DNA of 64,000 nt from an uncultured Holophaga sp. GTDB taxonomy: Bacteria > Acidobacteriota > Holophagae > Holophagales > Holophagaceae. Shown in pieces: positions 28,950-41,743 of this stretch; position 1 is the stretch's first letter; each line of letters begins with the position of its first letter. The notes under the pieces were generated by a model. The model made no database searches. It had not been told where the DNA came from and saw nothing but the letters and a program-made list of their open reading frames with translations. The stretch covers positions 3,040,001 through 3,104,000 of the forward strand of contig OY761614.1 of assembly GCA_963664825.1 (NCBI GenBank), given 5' to 3'. The position numbers were made by a program, and so were the translations under genes.

Positions 28950-30800
28950 ATGGCAACCCGCAAGCCTCTGCCAATCTTCCGCTCGAATCTCCTGAGGTTC
29001 GGGGCGAGGGTCGCAATCGCCCTTCTGACCGCCAACATGCTGGTCCTCCAAGGGCAGCAGGACAGGGAAAAGGAAAAGGGAAAGGACAAGGACAGGAAGT
29101 CCGAGCCTGCCCGACCCGAATCCAAGCCGGAGCCGAAGCGGGAAGCCCCCCAGGCGGCGCCTCGCCCCCAGTCCCAGCCTGCCCGGCCCGAACCCAGGCA
29201 GGAACCGAGACGGGAAACCCAGCCGTCTCGGCAGGCCCCGGGAACCCCCGGGGGTCGCCCCGAGGTCACACGCCCCGGCACACCGAGTGGTCGACCCGAG
29301 GTGATGCGCCCCGGCACATCGAACGGTCGCCCCGAGATCACGCGCCCTGGCACACCGAGTGGTCGACCCGAGGTGATGCGCCCCGGCACACCGAGTGGTC
29401 GACCCGAGGTCACGCGTCCCGGCACACCGAACGGTCGACCCGAGGCGACGCGCCCTGGGGCCGCTGGAAGCCCCTGGGGTCGCCCCGAGCCTTCCCGGCC
29501 TGCCGGGGGACCTCCTGACCGGCGGGGCTCCGAGCGCCAGATTATTCCTACCCGCAATGGGGGAGAGATCCACCGCACCCAGAGCGGATCCATTCGCGAA
29601 GTCCACACGCCTAGCGGGGCCGTGATCCGCCATGCCCCGAGCGGGGCCAGGCATGTGGAGCTGGTCCGTCCGGGCGGAAGGGTCATCGTGGCCAACGCCA
29701 CGGGCCGCAGTGGCTACATCCAGAGGCCCCTGCAGTCCCATGGCCATGCCTTCATCCAGCGCACCTATATCTTCAACGGCGTCTCTCGCGCCCAGATCTA
29801 CCGGCCCTGGTCCCATGGGGGCCGGGAATACAACATCTACACCCCCAGTCACTTCTATCGTCCCAGCTTCTACACCTGGGCCTACACCCCCTGGTCCCGT
29901 CCCGTCCACTACCGCTGGGGCTGGAATTCCCGCCCCTGGTACGGCTACTATGGCGGGTATTTCACGCCCTATCCGACCTATGTGAGCCCCTCCTTCTGGC
30001 TGGCGGATTTCATCATCGCGGCCACCCTGGAGACGGCCTACCTCGCGCAAAATGCCTCCGTCGGGGCGCCGCCGGTCATCTACAACTCGACCACCTGCAT
30101 GACCCCGGAGGTGAAGGAGGCCATCACCGAGGAGGTCCGGCGGCAGATGGATCAGGCCCAGGCAGACCAGGCTGCCCAGGTTTCGGCCCCGCCCCCGCTC
30201 TTCTCGAGCCGAGGGCCCAGGGTCTTCCTGGTTTCGGATAGCCTGATGGGCTACTCCGGGAACCGGGAATGTCCGCTGGCGGAAGGGGATGTCCTTCAAC
30301 TGGTCGAAACCCCTGCCCTGGGGGCGGAATGGGCCGAAGTCAGGGTGCTGTCCAGCCGTGGCTCCAATTGCCCCAAGGGTAGCTACCTTTCCGTCCGAAC
30401 CATGGATCTTCAGGAGATGCAGAACCACATGCAGGCCACCGTCGATCTGGGCATGGCCAAGCTTCAGACGAGCCAGGGCAGGGACGGTATCCCGAAGCTC
30501 CCGGCCCAGGCCCTGGGCACCGTCAATGCGTCCTACACCGCAGATATCCAGCCCGACCCGGAGGCCCAGAGCGAGCTGGCCCTGGCCGCCAAGGAGGCCA
30601 ACCAGTCCGAGCAGGAAATCATCAGGGAAGGCGGGGAGGAACCCGCCGGATCGACCATCGCTTTGGGGATGAGCATCTCGGCTGTGGAAGGCGCCCTGGG
30701 CCGCCCCATCAACACGGTGGACCTCGGAGCCAAGAAGATCTATGTCTACAAGAATCTCAAGATCACCTTCCTCAAGGGGCGGGTGAGCGACGTCCAGTAG
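28950..30800 (+). CDS. Exported proline-rich hypothetical protein with tandem repeats and an aromatic-rich (Y/W/P) region
   Basis: Signal-like N-terminus from ATG 28950; continuous GC3-rich frame; short globular C-terminal domain. Confidence 0.75.
   Translation: MATRKPLPIFRSNLLRFGARVAIALLTANMLVLQGQQDREKEKGKDKDRKSEPARPESKPEPKREAPQAAPRPQSQPARPEPRQEPRRETQPSRQAPGTPGGRPEVTRPGTPSGRPEVMRPGTSNGRPEITRPGTPSGRPEVMRPGTPSGRPEVTRPGTPNGRPEATRPGAAGSPWGRPEPSRPAGGPPDRRGSERQIIPTRNGGEIHRTQSGSIREVHTPSGAVIRHAPSGARHVELVRPGGRVIVANATGRSGYIQRPLQSHGHAFIQRTYIFNGVSRAQIYRPWSHGGREYNIYTPSHFYRPSFYTWAYTPWSRPVHYRWGWNSRPWYGYYGGYFTPYPTYVSPSFWLADFIIAATLETAYLAQNASVGAPPVIYNSTTCMTPEVKEAITEEVRRQMDQAQADQAAQVSAPPPLFSSRGPRVFLVSDSLMGYSGNRECPLAEGDVLQLVETPALGAEWAEVRVLSSRGSNCPKGSYLSVRTMDLQEMQNHMQATVDLGMAKLQTSQGRDGIPKLPAQALGTVNASYTADIQPDPEAQSELALAAKEANQSEQEIIREGGEEPAGSTIALGMSISAVEGALGRPINTVDLGAKKIYVYKNLKITFLKGRVSDVQ
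29238..29453 (+). repeat. Six 36-bp tandem repeats encoding PGTPSGRPEV(T/M)R
   Basis: Units read directly from the sequence. Confidence 0.92.
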
Positions 30801-30806
30801 CAACTG

Positions 30807-30853
30807 ACAGATCCGGCCTGTGCGTCCCCAGTGGATGCCCAGGCCGGACCTGT
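30807..30853. terminator. Hairpin between convergent genes
   Basis: acagatccggcctg...caggccggacctgt imperfect inverted repeat. Confidence 0.55.
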
Positions 30854-30930
30854 ATTCATCCGAAATTTTGCGTTCTGGTTCAGCCGATGCGTCTTCAGGG
30901 AGCGGCGCATTTCGGCATTTTGAGCCGAGA

Positions 30931-31677
30931 TCAGACCCTCAGTAGCTGCTCCAGCCGCTCGCGAAGCTGGCCGAGTTCCTTGGATTTGAAGGCGCTCCGT
31001 GTGCGTTCCAGCACCTCGATGCCCTCCTGCACGACCCGCTGATACTCGTTGAGGCGAGGGCAGGTATGGATGGTGCAGCGCTCAGGGGCCGTTGCGGATT
31101 CCAGGGTCATTTCGAAGAGGGCTTTCATGTCCAGGAGGACCCCGGCGATATTGCCCAGGGCCAGCCCCAGGACCTCCCGGGAGGCCTGGTGGTCCAGGGC
31201 CTGAGGGGCGCTGTGCACGGCCTCCTGGATTCGCCCCAGATCCTCCAGCCAGCTCGTCAATCGCTCCTTGGAGCGGCCCATGGCGCGCTGGGAGCGGACG
31301 CTGGCCACGGCCCGCCGGATATGGCCCAGGAATTCTTCGAAGACGATGGGCTTGGTGAGATAGGCCGCCACCGGCAGATGGATGGATTGCACCGCCGTGC
31401 CCACGGAGGGGTAGCCGGTCACCAGGATCACTTGCAGATCCGGGCTCAGTTCCGAGGCCAAGCGGATGAAGTCCAGATCCTGGTTTCCGGGCATGAGGAT
31501 ATCGGAGATCAGGAGATCGTAGGTGTTCTCCCGCAGGAATTCAGCTGCCTCGAAGCCGTCCCGGGCCGTGTCCACCAGGAGTCCCTCCAGCCGCAGGAGA
31601 TCGGCCGTGGCGAGGAGGAATATCTCCTCGTCGTCGGCCATCAGGATCCGGGCGGGAGCTTGGGCATGGACGTTCAT
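30931..31677 (-). CDS. Response regulator, REC plus non-HTH helical C-terminus
   Basis: ILMADDE, SDILMPG, VTGY, YLTKP. Confidence 0.88.
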   Translation of the reverse strand: MNVHAQAPARILMADDEEIFLLATADLLRLEGLLVDTARDGFEAAEFLRENTYDLLISDILMPGNQDLDFIRLASELSPDLQVILVTGYPSVGTAVQSIHLPVAAYLTKPIVFEEFLGHIRRAVASVRSQRAMGRSKERLTSWLEDLGRIQEAVHSAPQALDHQASREVLGLALGNIAGVLLDMKALFEMTLESATAPERCTIHTCPRLNEYQRVVQEGIEVLERTRSAFKSKELGQLRERLEQLLRV

Positions 31678-31705
31678 GGCGGAAGGCCTCGGAGGGGAGA
31701 CCAGT

Positions 31706-33262
31706 CTATGCGGAGTCCCAGGCCAGGGGAATCTTTACGGTGAAGATGCATCCGCCCTGGGGCGGGTTCTCGAAGTCGATGGAACCGTGAAGGGTTTCCA
31801 GCAGGCGGCGGCAGGTGGAGAGGCCCAGGCCCATGCCTCCCTGCAGCGAGTCCTGTTTGGTGGTGAAGCCCTCTTCCCAGATCCGCTTGGCCAGTCGCCC
31901 CGGGATGCCGGGGCCCGTATCGCAGACCTGGATCTCGAGATTCTCCCCCACCCGGCGGGCGCGGCAGCTCACGGTCCCCTCGGGAGGCGTGGCCTCGATG
32001 GCGTTCTGGAGGAGGTTGAAGAACACCTGGCGCAGCAGATTGGCCCGCAGGGAGCCCCGCAGGCCGGGCTCCCCGGGATCCAGCTGGAGGCTGATCCGCT
32101 GGCTTTGGAGCCGGGGCGCCAGCAGGGTGGCGATGTCCTGCAGGAGGGTGGCCACGGCCACATGCTGGGTGGGGGATTCCTCGGGGCGGTGGAGTTCGTA
32201 CATCATCCGCACGATGGTCGAAATGTGATCGATCTCCCGCTCCACGAGCTCCACATAGGGGTAGTACGTGTGCTGGGGAGGAATGGCGGTCTTCAGGAGG
32301 CCAAAGGCGCTCTTGATGCCCGCCATGGGACCGTTGATCTCGTGGGCCACGTAGGCCGCCATCCGGGCCTTGGCCGCCAGGCCCTCGCCCTCCCGGTCCA
32401 GGAGCTCCTGGTGCTTGCGGGGCGTGATGTCCTGGAAGAAGGCCACGAAGTACCCTGGTTCGGGACTGTGAGCCGATATCGCAAGCCAGAGCCCCAGGGT
32501 ATCGAGCCTGATCTCCAGGCGATCCGGCACGCCCCTGCTCGCCACCCGACCCAAGAACGCTAAGAATTCGGGGTTGGATTCCTGGATGCCCGGGATCACC
32601 TCGCTGGCCTTCCGTCCCATGACATCCTGCCAGCCCGTCAGGGTCTCGAAGGCCGCGTTCACATCCAGGAACATGAAGTCCCTGGCCTCTTCCCCCTGGA
32701 AGAGCACCAGGCCATAGAGGGAGCCCTCCAGCAGGTTCTGGAAGAGGGCTCGATAGCGGTGTTCGGCGGCGCGCCGCAGGACCTCCGCCCGGCTAAGCTC
32801 GGTGCTATCCGTGAACGAGACCAAGACGCGTCCCAGGCTGACCTCGAAGCCTTCGGCCACGGTCAGATAGAGTTGCATGGAGCGCAGCTCTCCCTTGGGG
32901 TCCCGGATGGGCATCTCCCAGCGGAACGTGAGGGCTCCGTTGGCCAGGGCGATCAGCCCCTCGCGCAGGATGGGGATGGATTGCGGGGATAGGTAGGAGG
33001 AGAAATCCCCCGGCGGGTGGCTCGCGCCGAAAAAGGCCCTGGCGGCCTGGTTGATCTCCAGGAAGCGAATATCCGAGGCGCAGGACAGGATCTGTTCCGG
33101 ATGCGCCGCGAAATGAGCCCTGAAATTCTGGACGCCCGCGGAACGCAATCCCTCGATATGGCCCTGGACGCTCGCGCAGTCCAGGGCCCAGGTCGGGATG
33201 GGCACATGCTCGAAGAGGGAACGGCCATTTCCCTGCCTGGAACCGGCATCAACCTGATCCAT
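31706..33262 (-). CDS. PAS-domain sensor histidine kinase
   Basis: VAHEINGP, NLLQNAIEA, DTGPGI, GMGLGL. Confidence 0.9.
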   Translation of the reverse strand: MDQVDAGSRQGNGRSLFEHVPIPTWALDCASVQGHIEGLRSAGVQNFRAHFAAHPEQILSCASDIRFLEINQAARAFFGASHPPGDFSSYLSPQSIPILREGLIALANGALTFRWEMPIRDPKGELRSMQLYLTVAEGFEVSLGRVLVSFTDSTELSRAEVLRRAAEHRYRALFQNLLEGSLYGLVLFQGEEARDFMFLDVNAAFETLTGWQDVMGRKASEVIPGIQESNPEFLAFLGRVASRGVPDRLEIRLDTLGLWLAISAHSPEPGYFVAFFQDITPRKHQELLDREGEGLAAKARMAAYVAHEINGPMAGIKSAFGLLKTAIPPQHTYYPYVELVEREIDHISTIVRMMYELHRPEESPTQHVAVATLLQDIATLLAPRLQSQRISLQLDPGEPGLRGSLRANLLRQVFFNLLQNAIEATPPEGTVSCRARRVGENLEIQVCDTGPGIPGRLAKRIWEEGFTTKQDSLQGGMGLGLSTCRRLLETLHGSIDFENPPQGGCIFTVKIPLAWDSA

Positions 33263-33295
33263 CTGGGAGCCTCCTGGAGCCGTGGAAGGGGCTTT

Positions 33296-35155
33296 TCAGG
33301 GTAGCGGGGGGAGGATTGCGTTCTTGGTGGTGGTCCCGCTGCTGGTGTAGAGCTTTTCGATTACATCGGCATAGGTCTCGGCCACGACCCGGCGTTTCAC
33401 CTTCTGGGAAGGCGTCAGGAGGCCATTCTCCTGGGTCATTTCCTTTTCGAGGATGGCGATCTTGCGCACCTTCTCGTAGTTGGAGAGGTGCGCATTCACG
33501 CGGTTCACATGCTTCATCAGCTTGGCGTAGACCTTGGGGTGGGCCACCAGTTCGGTGCGGGATTCGAAGTGGAGATGCTTGCGGGCGCACCAGTCCCGCA
33601 GGACGGGGAAGTTGGGCACGATGAGGGCCGTGATGTGGTTGCGGTGGTCTCCGATGAGCACGGCCTGTTCGATGTAGGGATCGTCCAGGAGGAGGTTCTC
33701 CACGGGCTGCGGGGCCACGTTCTTGCCGCCATTGGTGACGATGATCTCCTTCTTGCGGTCGGTGATCTTCACTCGGCCCTGGGGATCGAATTCGCCCACA
33801 TCCCCCGTGCGGAAGTAGCCCTCCTCATTGAAGGCCTCCCGGCTGGCCTCTTCGTCCTTCCAATACCCCGCCATGACATTGGGACCGTAGGCCAGGATCT
33901 CCCCGTCCGGGGCGAGTTTGAGGAAGGGCTTGTCGTTCCAGGTCCGCAGGAGGGGAGGGCCTACATAGCCCGGCCGCACCCGGCCCTGGCGATTGAGGGC
34001 CAGGATGGGGCTGGTCTCGCTGAGTCCGTAGCCCTCATAGATGGGAATGCCCATGGCCCAGAAGAATTCCATCACTCCTGGATTTAGGGCCGCGCCGCCG
34101 GAGATGCAGAAACGCAGGCGTCCGCCGGTCTTCTCCCGCACCTTGGAGAGCAGGAGCCGGTCCGCGATGCGCCAGGGCAGCCGCAGGAAGAGGGGGGGGC
34201 GCCGGTCCAGGTAGAGGTGGCGCACCACCCGGTGGCAGATGCCCACGGCCCAGCCGAAGACCATCCGCTTGGGGAAGCTCCCCCCGGTAGCCGCGTCCCG
34301 CACCTTGCCGTAGACCTTGTCGAAGATGCGGGGCACGGCCATCAGGACCGTGGGGCGCACCTCTACGAGGTTCTGGGGCATGGAGATGAGGCTCTCGCAG
34401 TAGAAGATCGCCACGCCCAGGTAGAACATGGCGTAATGGCCGCCCAGGCGCTCGAAGATGTGGGAGAGGGGCAGGACGCTCAGGCAGCGGTCTCCCCGCT
34501 CGGGGCGCAGGGCGGGCAGGGCGACCTCCACCGCGTGGGTGATATTGCTGGCCAGGTTGCCGTGACTCAGCATGACGCCCTTGGGATCCCCCGTTGTGCC
34601 CGAGGTATAGATGAGGGTCAGCAGATCCTCGGGCTTGCGCTCCGAGGCCCAGCGCCGGACCTCCGGGCGCTGCCCGTCCAAGGCCGTGCCCTCTTCCATG
34701 AGCTCGGTCCAGCGCAGCACGGGGCCATCGAAATCGGCGGGCACTTCGCCATCCAGGAGGATCACGGTCTCGAGCTCGGGCAGTTCGTGCTGGAAGGCCT
34801 TGAGCTTGTTGAGCTGGGCCGGGGAGGAGCAGAGCACCCATCGGGCGCCGCTGTTGCGGACGATCCAGGCGGTCTGTTCGGCGTTGAGGGTGTGGTAGAT
34901 GGGCACCGACACCAGGCCCGAGAGGGCGCAGGCGAAATCCGTGATGGCCCATTCGGGGCGGTTCTCGCAGAGCAGGGCCAGGCGGTCCCCCACCTGGAGG
35001 CCCCGGGCATGGAGGGCCAGGGCTAGGCGGTCTACGCGCAGATGCAGCTCCCGATGGGAGATGGGCCTGAAGGCTCCCTCCGATTTGGCCGCGAAGGCCT
35101 CGGGAAGATCCAGCCGCAAGGCTTCGTAGAAAATATCAGAAATGGTTTGGGCCAA
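33296..35155 (-). CDS. Long-chain fatty acid-CoA ligase (AMP-binding)
   Basis: IYTSGTTGDPKGV, EGYGLSET, FRTGD, GGKNVAP. Confidence 0.93.
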   Translation of the reverse strand: MAQTISDIFYEALRLDLPEAFAAKSEGAFRPISHRELHLRVDRLALALHARGLQVGDRLALLCENRPEWAITDFACALSGLVSVPIYHTLNAEQTAWIVRNSGARWVLCSSPAQLNKLKAFQHELPELETVILLDGEVPADFDGPVLRWTELMEEGTALDGQRPEVRRWASERKPEDLLTLIYTSGTTGDPKGVMLSHGNLASNITHAVEVALPALRPERGDRCLSVLPLSHIFERLGGHYAMFYLGVAIFYCESLISMPQNLVEVRPTVLMAVPRIFDKVYGKVRDAATGGSFPKRMVFGWAVGICHRVVRHLYLDRRPPLFLRLPWRIADRLLLSKVREKTGGRLRFCISGGAALNPGVMEFFWAMGIPIYEGYGLSETSPILALNRQGRVRPGYVGPPLLRTWNDKPFLKLAPDGEILAYGPNVMAGYWKDEEASREAFNEEGYFRTGDVGEFDPQGRVKITDRKKEIIVTNGGKNVAPQPVENLLLDDPYIEQAVLIGDHRNHITALIVPNFPVLRDWCARKHLHFESRTELVAHPKVYAKLMKHVNRVNAHLSNYEKVRKIAILEKEMTQENGLLTPSQKVKRRVVAETYADVIEKLYTSSGTTTKNAILPPLP

Positions 35156-35198
35156 GAGGGCGGCTCCGTAGGAAGGGGAATGGTGGCATGTTATCAGG

Positions 35199-36116
35199 AT
35201 GCAATCCAGGCAAGGACTTGCTCCTCTGATTCAGGCCTTCCATCTCGAACAGCTCGCCCGGGGCGTTTCGCCCCACACGGCCCGCGCCCAGAAGGGCGAC
35301 TTGGGAAAACTGCTCGCTCACGCCGTCGCCGAAAAATGGGATTCCTGGGAGGTGGCCCCGAGAATCCTGCGCCGCTTTGCCCTCGAACTGGGAGAGCGGG
35401 GCCTGGATCCCGCCAGTCAGGCGAGAATCCTCAGCACGGCGCGGGCCTTCTTCCGCTGGCTCTTCGAGACCCACCGAATCCCCATCAACCCCGCGACCGG
35501 TCTGCGGAACCCCAAGCAGGCCCAGAAGCTGCCGGCCTTTCTCACCGAGGAGGAGAGCCATGCGCTGTTGGAACTGCCTCCGATGGTGGATTTCCTCAGC
35601 GCCCGCCTGCGCTGCCTGCTGGAATTCCTGTACGCCTCGGGCCTGCGCGTCTCCGAACTGACGGGGCTGGATCTCCAGGATGTGCTGCGGGCGGAGCGCA
35701 CCCTGCAGGTGCTGGGCAAGGGCCATAAGGAGCGCCTCGTGCCCTTCCATGAGGCCGCAGGGGCGATCCTAGACGCCTACCTGGTCCACCGTGGGGCCTT
35801 CCTGGCCGAACACGCCCTGCCGCCCACGGCGGCGCTCTTCCTCAACCAGCGCGGCGGGCGCCTCACGCCCACGAGCGTGAGGACCTTCCTGGGCAGGGTC
35901 ATGGAGGATGTCGCCTTCCGGGCCCGCATCAGTCCCCATGCCCTGCGGCATAGTTTCGCGACCCATCTGCTGAACCGGGGCATGGATCTGCGCGCCATCC
36001 AGGAGCTGCTGGGCCATGCCAGCCTCAGCACCACCCAGCGCTACACCCACCTGGACCTGGAGCAGCTGGCCAAGACCTACGAGAAGGCGCACCCCAGGGC
36101 CCGAAAGAGCGATTAG
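35199..36116 (+). CDS. xerC: Xer-type tyrosine recombinase (XerC-like)
   Basis: LYASGLRVSEL, GKGHKERLVP, SPHALRHSFATHLL, LLGHASLSTTQRYTH. Confidence 0.85.
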   Translation: MQSRQGLAPLIQAFHLEQLARGVSPHTARAQKGDLGKLLAHAVAEKWDSWEVAPRILRRFALELGERGLDPASQARILSTARAFFRWLFETHRIPINPATGLRNPKQAQKLPAFLTEEESHALLELPPMVDFLSARLRCLLEFLYASGLRVSELTGLDLQDVLRAERTLQVLGKGHKERLVPFHEAAGAILDAYLVHRGAFLAEHALPPTAALFLNQRGGRLTPTSVRTFLGRVMEDVAFRARISPHALRHSFATHLLNRGMDLRAIQELLGHASLSTTQRYTHLDLEQLAKTYEKAHPRARKSD

Positions 36117-36122
36117 GGGCCG

Positions 36123-36794
36123 TTACTTCAGCTTATCGAGCACCGAATCGATCTGCTCGGAGACCTGGATGATATTGGCGTTCACGCCATCGATCTCCTG
36201 GGTGAGCTTGCGCACGGTCTCCACGGACTTGCCCATATGATCGGCCACCACAGCGAAGCCGCGCCCGTGAACACCGGCCTTGGCGGCCTCGATGCTGGCA
36301 TTGAGGGCCAGCATCTGCATGCTGGTCATGATGGAATTGATGCGGCCCACCAGATTCCGGCTGCCCTCCAGGCTATCGGCGAGTTCCTCCTTGATGGTCC
36401 CTACGATGGTCGCGACATCCTCTCCGACCCGGGTGCTGTTCTCCTCCAGCACGCGCACCATCATGCGGCTCGTAATGGGCGTGATGAGCCGGGTCTCCGT
36501 GTCGCGGATGAGGGCCCGCATCTGGATATCCAGGGCCTCGTCTCCGGTGGTATCGAAGATGAATTCGGGACGCTCCGCCCGGATGGCCTCCAGCGCATTG
36601 GCGCTGGTTCGGATCCCCAGCTGTTGCGCCGCGAGGATGCCCGGGGCGTTGGTGTCCCCGTCCACCACGAAAATCACCCGGACCGCCTGGCTGCGGCTGA
36701 AGAACTGGATCAGGCCGCTGCCGCCCCGTCCACCGCCGATGATCCCGATGGTGAAAACATGATCTCCGTACCACTCGCTCACAGCAGACTCCAA
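36123..36794 (-). CDS. Small soluble chemoreceptor-like protein: Rossmann-like domain plus truncated MCP signalling tip
   Basis: IGIIGGGRGG at the N-terminus; LALNASIEAAKAGVHGRGFAVVA. Confidence 0.8.
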   Translation of the reverse strand: MESAVSEWYGDHVFTIGIIGGGRGGSGLIQFFSRSQAVRVIFVVDGDTNAPGILAAQQLGIRTSANALEAIRAERPEFIFDTTGDEALDIQMRALIRDTETRLITPITSRMMVRVLEENSTRVGEDVATIVGTIKEELADSLEGSRNLVGRINSIMTSMQMLALNASIEAAKAGVHGRGFAVVADHMGKSVETVRKLTQEIDGVNANIIQVSEQIDSVLDKLK

Positions 36795-36925
36795 GGATTA
36801 ATCGATACTACTTCAGATTGGCTCTCCCAGGCACTAAGGGGACCCTGGCCCTCAAGGCCTGAGCGCAGGATCAGGGGCTGAGGTAAGATGGCCCTTCACC
36901 CGCGGGTGGAACGAAAGGAAGTGTC

Positions 36926-39294
<2,369 letters not shown>

Positions 39295-39298
<4 letters not shown>

Positions 39299-39903
39299 AA
39301 TGGAGTGGCGCCGCCTGGGCGAGCGCCCTCCTGCTGGGCACGGCCTGCCATTGGCCCGGGCTGCCCTCCCGGGAGAAGGTCTACGGGCCCCACGAGGCGG
39401 GGCTCACCCTGCTCTATGAGAACCCCCTGCTGGCGCCGGAGGCGCGGGCCAACGAGCGCCTCCAGGTGCGGGTGGTCTCCTCCAAGGATATCGCTGGGGG
39501 CAGGGTCGTGCGCCTCACCTACACCTCCCTGCGGGGCGAGCTTTCGGCCCTCTACTTCCAGAAGGGCGGGGGCATCACCCTCAATCCGGACGACAAGACC
39601 GCCGGAGTGACGTTTTTCCCGGTCGGTTTTCCCGACCGCACCCCTCAATGGGAGGTGCGCGGCACCAAGTTCCGTGTCCTGGGCCGGGCCGTGGCCGATC
39701 TGCATGGCCTGAAGCTGCCCGATACCGCCGATCGGGTGGGGGTGTGGGTGGAATCCGAATCGCCCCAGGGTCCGCGCCTGCGCACCTACTTCCTCCCGGA
39801 TATCGGCGAGGTGGAGACCCTGGTCTGGCGCCAGGGAGCCTGGCTCAGTGCCAATCGACTGGTCTCTCGGGGGTTCACGGACGCCCCTGTCTCCCACGAA
39901 TGA
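39295..39903 (+). CDS. Hypothetical lipoprotein
   Basis: Signal peptide with LLLGTAC lipobox-like motif; ATGA overlap with tex. Confidence 0.7.
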
Positions 39904-39922
39904 TTCCCACGCTGGAGCCACG

Positions 39923-40825
39923 ATGAGCGATGACAAGAACGCAGCGGCACTGCCCCCCGGCGCGGCCAAGGGCGGCATCCGGGACAATCTCGAGGTGGTC
40001 TGCTTCGCGGTGCTGCTGATCCTCTTCTTCAAGACCTTCGTGGGCCAGCAGTTCACCATTCCCTCGGCCTCCATGCGCAATACGCTGATGATCGGGGACC
40101 ACCTGCTGGTCAATAAGTTCCTCTTCGCCAAGCCCCAATGGGCCTGGGAAGAGAAGCTCTTCCCCATGCGCCATGTGCAGCGGGGCGATATCATCGTCTT
40201 CCGCTATCCCATGAACCGGGAACAGGACTTCGTCAAGCGCTGCGTGGCGCTCCCCGGCGATCTCGTGGAGATCCGGAACAAGCGCCTCTATGTGAACGGC
40301 CAGCAGGTCACCGGCGAATTCGAACACCATGTGGCCAAGCCCGGCGAACAGCCCGAAGCCGGCCCCTGGCCGTTGAACCGGGACGCGGGACGGACCCAGG
40401 TCGAGCAGGCCCGGGAGCTGGCGAACACCGAGGGCAATCTGCCCACCCAGAGCGGTGTCTGGCCCTTCGTGGATCCCGAATCCCTCAAGATGAACCGCCA
40501 GGGCCAGACGCCTCTCGGCCGGGAAGGGCTCCCCTTCCTGTTCCGGGACGATCTGGGGCCCTTCACCGTGCCCCAGGGCCAGATCATGGCCATGGGCGAT
40601 AACCGGGACAATAGCGAGGACAGCCGCTACTGGGGCTTCGTGCCCATGGACCATCTGCGGGGACGTCCCTTCCTGGTGTGGTGGAGCTTCCGGGAGGGCG
40701 GCAACAACGATACCAATGCCGCCGTGCCCGAGGGGCCCGGGGATGTCGCCAAGAACTTCTTCGATGGCGCCCGCCATTTCTTCGTCTGGACCCGCTGGGA
40801 GCGCACGGGGACCATCCCCAGATAG
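39923..40825 (+). CDS. lepB: Signal peptidase I
   Basis: IPSASM..TL.IGD, DFVKRCVALPGD, GDNRDNSEDSRYWG. Confidence 0.95.
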   Translation: MSDDKNAAALPPGAAKGGIRDNLEVVCFAVLLILFFKTFVGQQFTIPSASMRNTLMIGDHLLVNKFLFAKPQWAWEEKLFPMRHVQRGDIIVFRYPMNREQDFVKRCVALPGDLVEIRNKRLYVNGQQVTGEFEHHVAKPGEQPEAGPWPLNRDAGRTQVEQARELANTEGNLPTQSGVWPFVDPESLKMNRQGQTPLGREGLPFLFRDDLGPFTVPQGQIMAMGDNRDNSEDSRYWGFVPMDHLRGRPFLVWWSFREGGNNDTNAAVPEGPGDVAKNFFDGARHFFVWTRWERTGTIPR

Positions 40826-40915
40826 GCAACCCAGGGCCCGGTGGGTCGGCACGTTTCGATCGTGAAGACAGGATTGAGGGGCCCCGGTGGGCCCCTCCCT
40901 ATATCGGATGAACAC

Positions 40916-41743
40916 ATGCGAAAAGTCCTTCTCATCCCGGCCCTGCTGCTCCTCGCGGCCTCGCCCCTGGCGGCTTGGGGGCGCGTGGGCCATATCCTGG
41001 TCTCCCAGGTGGCCCTGAAGGATCTGCCGCCGGGAGTCGCGGTCTGGTTCCAGGGGCAGGAGGCCACCTTCCAGGAACACAGTTCGGATCCGGATCACTG
41101 GAAGAACGACCGCAAGGAGGGGCCGCGCCACTTCATCGATAGCGAGTTGTATGGCGGGCCCGAGGCCGTGCCCTACGAGGTCCAGGGGGCGCTCACCCAG
41201 GTGGGGGCTGCGGCCTTCGCCAAGGGGGGGCAGGTGCCCTGGATCATCCAGGACCGCCTGCGGGATCTGATCGACGCCTTCAAGAAGGGCGACCGGGCCC
41301 AGGTCGTCTTTCTCGCCACCGTGCTCGGGCATTACATCGCGGATCTCCACGTGCCCCTTCATACCTCCAATAACCATGACGGCCAGAACAGCGGCCAGAA
41401 GGGGGTTCACTCCCGCTGGGAGACGGGGCTGGTGGAACGCTACGCCAGTCTGGAGTCTCTCGAGATCCAGCAGGCCAAGCTGGAGCCTGATCTCTTTCAC
41501 GCTCCCTGGAGATGGATGCAGGCTGCCCACGCCCTCGTCCCCAAACTCCTGGAAGATGATCGCACGGCTGATCGCACCAGCCCCGTGGGGGCGCGGGGCA
41601 AGGTGCGGGGCGAGGCCTACTGGATGATCTTCGAGGCCCAGCAGGGTGGGGTGGTCAAGCAACAGCTTGCCCTGGCGGGCAGGCATCTGGCGCAGATGAT
41701 CCTCTATGCCTGGGCCCTGGCGGGGAAGCCTAGCAGAGCTTGA
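40916..41743 (+). CDS. Exported S1/P1 nuclease / zinc-dependent phospholipase C family protein
   Basis: Signal peptide then [27 protein letters not shown]. Confidence 0.85.
   Translation: MRKVLLIPALLLLAASPLAAWGRVGHILVSQVALKDLPPGVAVWFQGQEATFQEHSSDPDHWKNDRKEGPRHFIDSELYGGPEAVPYEVQGALTQVGAAAFAKGGQVPWIIQDRLRDLIDAFKKGDRAQVVFLATVLGHYIADLHVPLHTSNNHDGQNSGQKGVHSRWETGLVERYASLESLEIQQAKLEPDLFHAPWRWMQAAHALVPKLLEDDRTADRTSPVGARGKVRGEAYWMIFEAQQGGVVKQQLALAGRHLAQMILYAWALAGKPSRA

Noticed and set aside
29238..29453. 36-bp repeats as a CRISPR array
   Set aside because: Contiguous in-frame coding repeats without unique spacers; no cas genes
35199..36116. Tyrosine recombinase as a second island integrase or integron integrase
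   Set aside because: Xer-like size and motifs, host-like composition, housekeeping neighbours, no att or attC sites seen
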